DNA of 64,000 nucleotides from a virus: IMG/VR virus record IMGVR_UViG_3300043411_000910, positions 1 to 64,000 of that record; one strand, 5' to 3'. Shown piece by piece: positions 59,072 to 64,000 of this stretch (position 1 is its first letter; each line of letters starts with the position of its first letter). The notes under the pieces were generated by a model. It saw only the letters and a program-made list of their open reading frames with translations, ran no database searches and was not told where the DNA came from. The position numbers and the translations under genes were made by a program.

Positions 59072-59915
59072 TTTAACAGAGGGTCCAGAGACAAGAATAA
59101 CTAGTGACCTTGTTAGCAAGGACATTCTTGGGATGTATTTTGATTCATTTACGTTCGCACCAAATTCTAAATTTAGTAAAGGTTTACCAGGGTTTGACTT
59201 AATCAGGTCTAACGAATCACTTGGCAAGTTTAAGGTAACTGAGGTTGATTGTAAGGGCAGGATGTATTACTGGAAGTTACAGAACAAAAGTAAAACTTTC
59301 TATTTCATATCTAAGGCTAGGATGACTGGTACATGGTCTAGAGTCAAAGCTAGGGATTGGATATGTGAAGTTACATTGACTAACGAGAACGAATCCAAGA
59401 AACTATACTTTAATGATCTTAGACATTATGGTGATTTAGAAGTATTAACACGCTCAGAATTTAAAAAACAATATGATATCTATGGATTTGATCCATTAAT
59501 AGATGATGTTGATAAATATTTTCCATTAGTATGGAAGAAATCAAGAGGCACTAAAAATTGTGTATCAAAGTTTTTATTAGATCATACATCATTCTACGGG
59601 ATAGGCTTATATTTAAGATCAGAAATATTACATTCATTGAAGTACTATCCATATCAAAATGTAAATACTTTTTCTAAAAATCAAATATTAGATCTAATGA
59701 AGACGGCAGTAAAGATTGCAAAAGAATCATATGCAAATAATGGGTGTGTTAAATTAAAGTATAATGAAGAAACATTTGGTGGGGACTATTTGGGTAAGTT
59801 AAAAGTTTTCGGAAAACCTCGAGATATTGACGGCAACAAAGTAATAATTACTATAGGTAAGAATGACAAGCGCTCTATGTTCTGGTGTAGAGATATACAG
59901 GTAAGAAATGAATGA
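59055..59915 (+). CDS. Fpg/Nei-family DNA glycosylase homologue, apparently degenerate
   Basis: EGPE, KGR, RMTGTW, FNDLRHYG and H2TH LLDH...GIGLYLRSEIL; lacks an N-terminal Pro. GGAG precedes ATG 59055. Confidence 0.82.
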   Translation: MKSLFNLTEGPETRITSDLVSKDILGMYFDSFTFAPNSKFSKGLPGFDLIRSNESLGKFKVTEVDCKGRMYYWKLQNKSKTFYFISKARMTGTWSRVKARDWICEVTLTNENESKKLYFNDLRHYGDLEVLTRSEFKKQYDIYGFDPLIDDVDKYFPLVWKKSRGTKNCVSKFLLDHTSFYGIGLYLRSEILHSLKYYPYQNVNTFSKNQILDLMKTAVKIAKESYANNGCVKLKYNEETFGGDYLGKLKVFGKPRDIDGNKVIITIGKNDKRSMFWCRDIQVRNE

Positions 59916-60861
59916 AATTATAAATAAAATATCTTATGCTTCTAATATAATAATGCTAATTGTAGTTTGTATATTATTTGGATCTACAATTTCTGATTGT
60001 AGAAAAGGTTCTAATAATAAACAAGTCGAAATTCTACAAAAACAATTAGACGCATATACCATGCGCTCATCAAATGAGACAGTAACCAAAGAATATCTTG
60101 ACTCTGTGATTAAAGGATCTAAGATAAATATCTCTAAGCTTGAAGATGATATGAGTTCTTTAAATTCTAAGCTTGATTCAATGAATCAGGTAAAGATAAT
60201 TAGTGTACCACAATATATTAAAGAAGTAAATTCTACCAAGCAAGAGCCTAAACCAGATACACAGCCAATTGAAAAGAAAGATGATCAATATATGAAGAAC
60301 AAACAGATATTAGATTTATACGAGAATTTTGGAATTTCAAAAGTTCCGATAGGTAATACTTCTTTTTCTGCTTGGAAGAATTCTCCTTGGGATTATAATA
60401 TCTATGGAAGAAATTATACAATAACAAATGTAATAACGAAAACCGATGAAGACAAAACTATTGTTTATAATAAGTTTAATATTGAGGTGGAAGGAAAGAC
60501 TTATGAAGTCCCTATAACTAGCTCAAAAACAATACAAACAAATCCTAAGTCATCATTTAAACTATACCCAAAGTTATTTCTAGAATATTCTTCAGGAATT
60601 TCTTCTGATAGAAATTTGAATAATGCTGTTGGTTTAATGATTTCTCCTATACAATATGGTCAAAGTAAATTTAATCCTAAATTTGTTTTTGCGTCTATTG
60701 GCGCTGGATATTCTAATAATGGGTTGAATATTATATTTTCTCCAGTTATGTATAAAATTGATGTTGTTGATTTTATTAAAAATGTTTATATAGGACCAAT
60801 TACAAGTATTAATATGTCTAAAGTATTTACTGTTGGTTTATCATTAGGAGTATCTTTTTAA
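59908..60861 (+). CDS. Membrane-anchored coiled-coil protein with C-terminal beta strands (spanin-like)
   Basis: N-terminal hydrophobic helix, coiled coil, and amphipathic strands ending VFTVGLSLGVSF. Confidence 0.5.
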   Translation: MNEIINKISYASNIIMLIVVCILFGSTISDCRKGSNNKQVEILQKQLDAYTMRSSNETVTKEYLDSVIKGSKINISKLEDDMSSLNSKLDSMNQVKIISVPQYIKEVNSTKQEPKPDTQPIEKKDDQYMKNKQILDLYENFGISKVPIGNTSFSAWKNSPWDYNIYGRNYTITNVITKTDEDKTIVYNKFNIEVEGKTYEVPITSSKTIQTNPKSSFKLYPKLFLEYSSGISSDRNLNNAVGLMISPIQYGQSKFNPKFVFASIGAGYSNNGLNIIFSPVMYKIDVVDFIKNVYIGPITSINMSKVFTVGLSLGVSF

Positions 60862-61685
60862 TGTTACACGTTCTAACTCTTAACTGGAATGGCAAAGCTA
60901 GAATTTCAGACTTAAATAAATCTATGGCTAACCTTGATATGCCAGAATACATTTGGCATATCAAAGACAATGGATCTATAGATGGTTCCATAGACGAAAT
61001 AAACTCATGGGGAAATAAAAATATAAACATAATAAAAACTGGTCATAACAATGATACATTTGCTTATGGAACAAATATATGTTTTAATACAGCTTCTCCA
61101 AAAGACAATGACTATGTACTATTACTAAACAATGACATAATCTTTAATAAGAAAGATGATATCAAAAATATGATTAATATATTAGACCAAGGTGTTGGGA
61201 TAGTTGGTGCAAAGCTAATGTATAAAAATACGAATACTATACAACACAATGGAGTTGTATTTGATAAGAAGTATTCTTTACCAGTACATTATGGTGTTAA
61301 TATGCAGGATAGTTTAGATATGTCTAAATCAAGAGAGTTTCAAGCTGTTACTGGTGCGGTAATGATGATGAAAGCAGAAACTTTTAGAAATATACATAAT
61401 ACAAATAAATCAAAGAATAAAGGATTGGATGAAGATTTCATTTGGTGCTACGAGGATATAGCCGCTTGTATATCTGTTAAATATCATTTGGGCAAGAAAA
61501 TAGTTTGTTATTCTGGGTCAAATATATCCCATGAAGAGAGTGCTTCATTGAAAATTAATCCAATAAACAGATTATTCTTAGGAAAGAATATTCAAACAAT
61601 GCATTTGAAATACAAGCATCTCTATAAAATAGATAGAGAATTATATGATAATGTAAATTACAATTTATTTAAGGAAGTTAGATGA
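60861..61685 (+). CDS. Glycosyltransferase family 2
   Basis: VLTLNWN, DNGSID, LLNND, AVTGAVMM and CYEDI. Confidence 0.92.
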   Translation: MLHVLTLNWNGKARISDLNKSMANLDMPEYIWHIKDNGSIDGSIDEINSWGNKNINIIKTGHNNDTFAYGTNICFNTASPKDNDYVLLLNNDIIFNKKDDIKNMINILDQGVGIVGAKLMYKNTNTIQHNGVVFDKKYSLPVHYGVNMQDSLDMSKSREFQAVTGAVMMMKAETFRNIHNTNKSKNKGLDEDFIWCYEDIAACISVKYHLGKKIVCYSGSNISHEESASLKINPINRLFLGKNIQTMHLKYKHLYKIDRELYDNVNYNLFKEVR

Positions 61686-62629
61686 AAATATTAGTAACAG
61701 GATCTTGTGGCTTTATAGCTTCAAACTTTATAAGAAAAGTTATTTTTAATAAACTAGATCATACTATATGTAGTATAGATAAAATACCAGAAATAAATAT
61801 ACTTAACAATATCTATCAAAACAAAAGTCATTCATTTTATATAGGAAATGTTCTAGATACACATCTATTGAATATTATATTTTCTCATGAAAAACCTGAC
61901 GTTGTGATACACTGCGCTGCCGAAACAAATATAATGGATAGCAACATTAGTCTAGCAAAGTATATAGATGATAATGTAAATGGAACACAAAAAATTCTAG
62001 AATCATGTGTTAAGCATGGCGTAAAGAAAATGATATATCTATCTTCAATGGAGGTATATGGGTCTAATAACCCATCAGATCCATCTGTGGAGAAATCTGT
62101 ACTAAATCCCGAGAATTCATATGCTCTTTCAAAAACATTATCAGAACAGATAGTTTCTTATTATGGAAAATATAATAATGTTAATTATAATATAATAAGA
62201 TTGGGATCTGTTATGGGACCAAGAGAATTTGGCAATAAATTTGTTCCTTATTTAATAGACTCTATATTAAAATCAAATAAACCAATTTTAAGTAAGGATG
62301 GCAATAATATAAAAAATTGGCTGCATGTAGCTGATGTTGTAAATGGAATTCTTAATGTGCTAGAGAATGGTACAAATAATGAAATTTATAACTTATGCTC
62401 ATCCAAGGACACGACCGATCTTGAAATCTTTCAAACATTGGCTTCAATGTGTAATTTTTCTCAAGAAAATGTAGACTTTGACGGCGAAGATAAAAGGTTT
62501 TATAGAGTATGTACGGGCAGCAACGCTAAAATAAAAAAGATTGGATGGCAGCAAGACATTGATTTAAACAATGGATTGTCAATGACATTTGATTGGTATA
62601 AGAATAATCCATGGTGGTTTAAATCTTAA
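61682..62629 (+). CDS. NAD-dependent NDP-sugar epimerase/dehydratase (RmlB-like SDR)
   Basis: ILVTGSCGFIAS, VIHCAAET, YALSK (YxxxK) and WLHVAD. Confidence 0.9.
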   Translation: MKILVTGSCGFIASNFIRKVIFNKLDHTICSIDKIPEINILNNIYQNKSHSFYIGNVLDTHLLNIIFSHEKPDVVIHCAAETNIMDSNISLAKYIDDNVNGTQKILESCVKHGVKKMIYLSSMEVYGSNNPSDPSVEKSVLNPENSYALSKTLSEQIVSYYGKYNNVNYNIIRLGSVMGPREFGNKFVPYLIDSILKSNKPILSKDGNNIKNWLHVADVVNGILNVLENGTNNEIYNLCSSKDTTDLEIFQTLASMCNFSQENVDFDGEDKRFYRVCTGSNAKIKKIGWQQDIDLNNGLSMTFDWYKNNPWWFKS

Positions 62630-62647
62630 TGTTGCTATATAAATATA

Positions 62648-64000
62648 GTGGAAAAAATAATAATAAAGAACAATAAAGAATGCCAACTTCAAACAGAAAA
62701 TGAAGAAGTAGTAAAAAAAGTAAAAAAGCTATTATCATTTAAAGCAAGCGGTGTTGAATATACTCAAGCATATAAAAATGGATGGAATGGGATAACTTAT
62801 TTGCTATCTAACAAAGGTACATTTGGTCTTGGGTTGTTAAATCATGTTATTAATAATTTACCAGAATTTGAATTTGAGATAGTAGATAACAGGAAAAATA
62901 CATTTGAATATGTACCAATGGATCTATCTAAAAAACTAGAATCTATAAATATGATTCCACGAGAACATCAAGTAAGATGTTTAGATGCTGCAAAAAATAA
63001 TAATAAAGGCATATTAAGATCGGCAACAGGTTCAGGGAAATGCAACAACATAGATTCTGTTAATTTAACAGAGCTTGGTATGCTCTCTTATAGGGAGCTT
63101 TCTGAGTATTTTAATATTTCTTTAAACGATGGAGAAGCTTATCCCATAAAAATAGATGTAGCTACACCATTGAATAAAGATAGAGATGAAGCATCTATGA
63201 TTTACCATGATGGTAAAACAATGTCAAAAAAAATAACTACAAGATTTGGTTACTCTGTTACCGGGACTTTAGATCATAAAATTAAAGTAATTGACAAATC
63301 TGGTGATTTTCTTTGGAAAAGAATGGAAGACTTGTCATTTGATGATTATGCGGTTATCTCATATAATAATCAGATGTTTGGTAAAGAAAAAATGTCAAAT
63401 GATGAGGCTTATTTTCTTGGATTAATTATAGGGGATGGGTCGATTACCGATTCGCATAAAAATAGCATAACCATAACGAATATGGATCAACATATAATAG
63501 ATTTTGTAATGAAATATACCAAATCTATTGGTCTGAATCCAAAACTATCACAAACAAAATCTAAAGCGCACAATATACACGTACACTCTTCAAAATATAG
63601 AAAACATTTATTAAATCTTGGGGTTAAGTATTGTAAATCGACAGGTAAAGAAATTCCTAAATATATTAGAATGCTAGAGAAAGAGCCTTTATCTTACTTG
63701 ATAAGGGGTATTTATGAGACAGATGGTTGGGTTGAAAAGACAAATGACTCAACTTGTATTTGTTTAGCACTTTCAAATGAAAAAATAATAGAACAGATCC
63801 AACTAATTTTACTTAATTTTGGAATTGTATCAAGCAAATCTGTAAAAAAGACAAAAAATGAAAACTCACATAAAATTACAATATATTCATCATTTGTTGA
63901 TAGATTTATGGAGCAAATTGGCTTAGATAAATTGGGTCATAAATATAATAAAGTAATGTCTAGTGTAAAAAAAGTAAAAAATGATAATGTTGATTTGATA
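62648..64000 (+). CDS. UvsW-like SF2 helicase, intein-containing (truncated by the window edge)
   Basis: Translated by hand from GTG 62648: ...GWNGITYL...PREHQ...GILRSATGSGK, then intein sequence. Absent from the ORF track because there is no stop in the window. Confidence 0.88.
   Translation, partial: MEKIIIKNNKECQLQTENEEVVKKVKKLLSFKASGVEYTQAYKNGWNGITYLLSNKGTFGLGLLNHVINNLPEFEFEIVDNRKNTFEYVPMDLSKKLESINMIPREHQVRCLDAAKNNNKGILRSATGSGKCNNIDSVNLTELGMLSYRELSEYFNISLNDGEAYPIKIDVATPLNKDRDEASMIYHDGKTMSKKITTRFGYSVTGTLDHKIKVIDKSGDFLWKRMEDLSFDDYAVISYNNQMFGKEKMSNDEAYFLGLIIGDGSITDSHKNSITITNMDQHIIDFVMKYTKSIGLNPKLSQTKSKAHNIHVHSSKYRKHLLNLGVKYCKSTGKEIPKYIRMLEKEPLSYLIRGIYETDGWVEKTNDSTCICLALSNEKIIEQIQLILLNFGIVSSKSVKKTKNENSHKITIYSSFVDRFMEQIGLDKLGHKYNKVMSSVKKVKNDNVDLI
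63041..64000 (+). mobile_element. Intein with LAGLIDADG endonuclease inserted after the Walker A lysine
   Basis: Cys1 follows GSGK; block B TGTLDHKI; AYFLGLIIGDG and LIRGIYETDG; the C-terminal block lies outside the window. Confidence 0.9.

Noticed and set aside
693-61030. Many short antisense ORFs nested in long genes
   Set aside because: They are shadows of the coding strand with no motifs or RBS.
1-64000. CRISPR array, tRNA/rRNA genes, DGR, or stop-codon reassignment
   Set aside because: No spaced repeats, cloverleafs or reverse transcriptase seen; coding density is high and long ORFs are intact under the standard code.

Overview
This is an AT-rich window from a large tailed (myovirus-like, probably jumbo) phage, read with the standard genetic code. 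Most of it is the virion morphogenesis module. The HK97-type major capsid gene is split by a group I intron (3127-4317) carrying a LAGLIDADG endonuclease. It is followed by fibre/decoration proteins, neck proteins, a holin-like gene, tail terminator, sheath, tube, a tail assembly chaperone with a -1 frameshift, tape measure, and very large baseplate hub, spike and wedge proteins. An operon of three glycosyltransferases, an NDP-sugar epimerase/dehydratase, a degenerate Fpg/Nei and a spanin-like protein follows. The window ends in a UvsW-like helicase containing an intein. The most unusual signal is the tripeptide Asp-Gly-Tyr (DGY): about 30 copies by manual count across ten neck, sheath, fibre and wedge proteins, and none in the capsid, tube, tape measure, hub, spike or non-structural proteins. 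With the adjacent glycosylation operon, this suggests a phage-encoded, sequon-directed virion modification system (hypothesis). Product calls rest on recognised motifs and gene order; no database searches were run.
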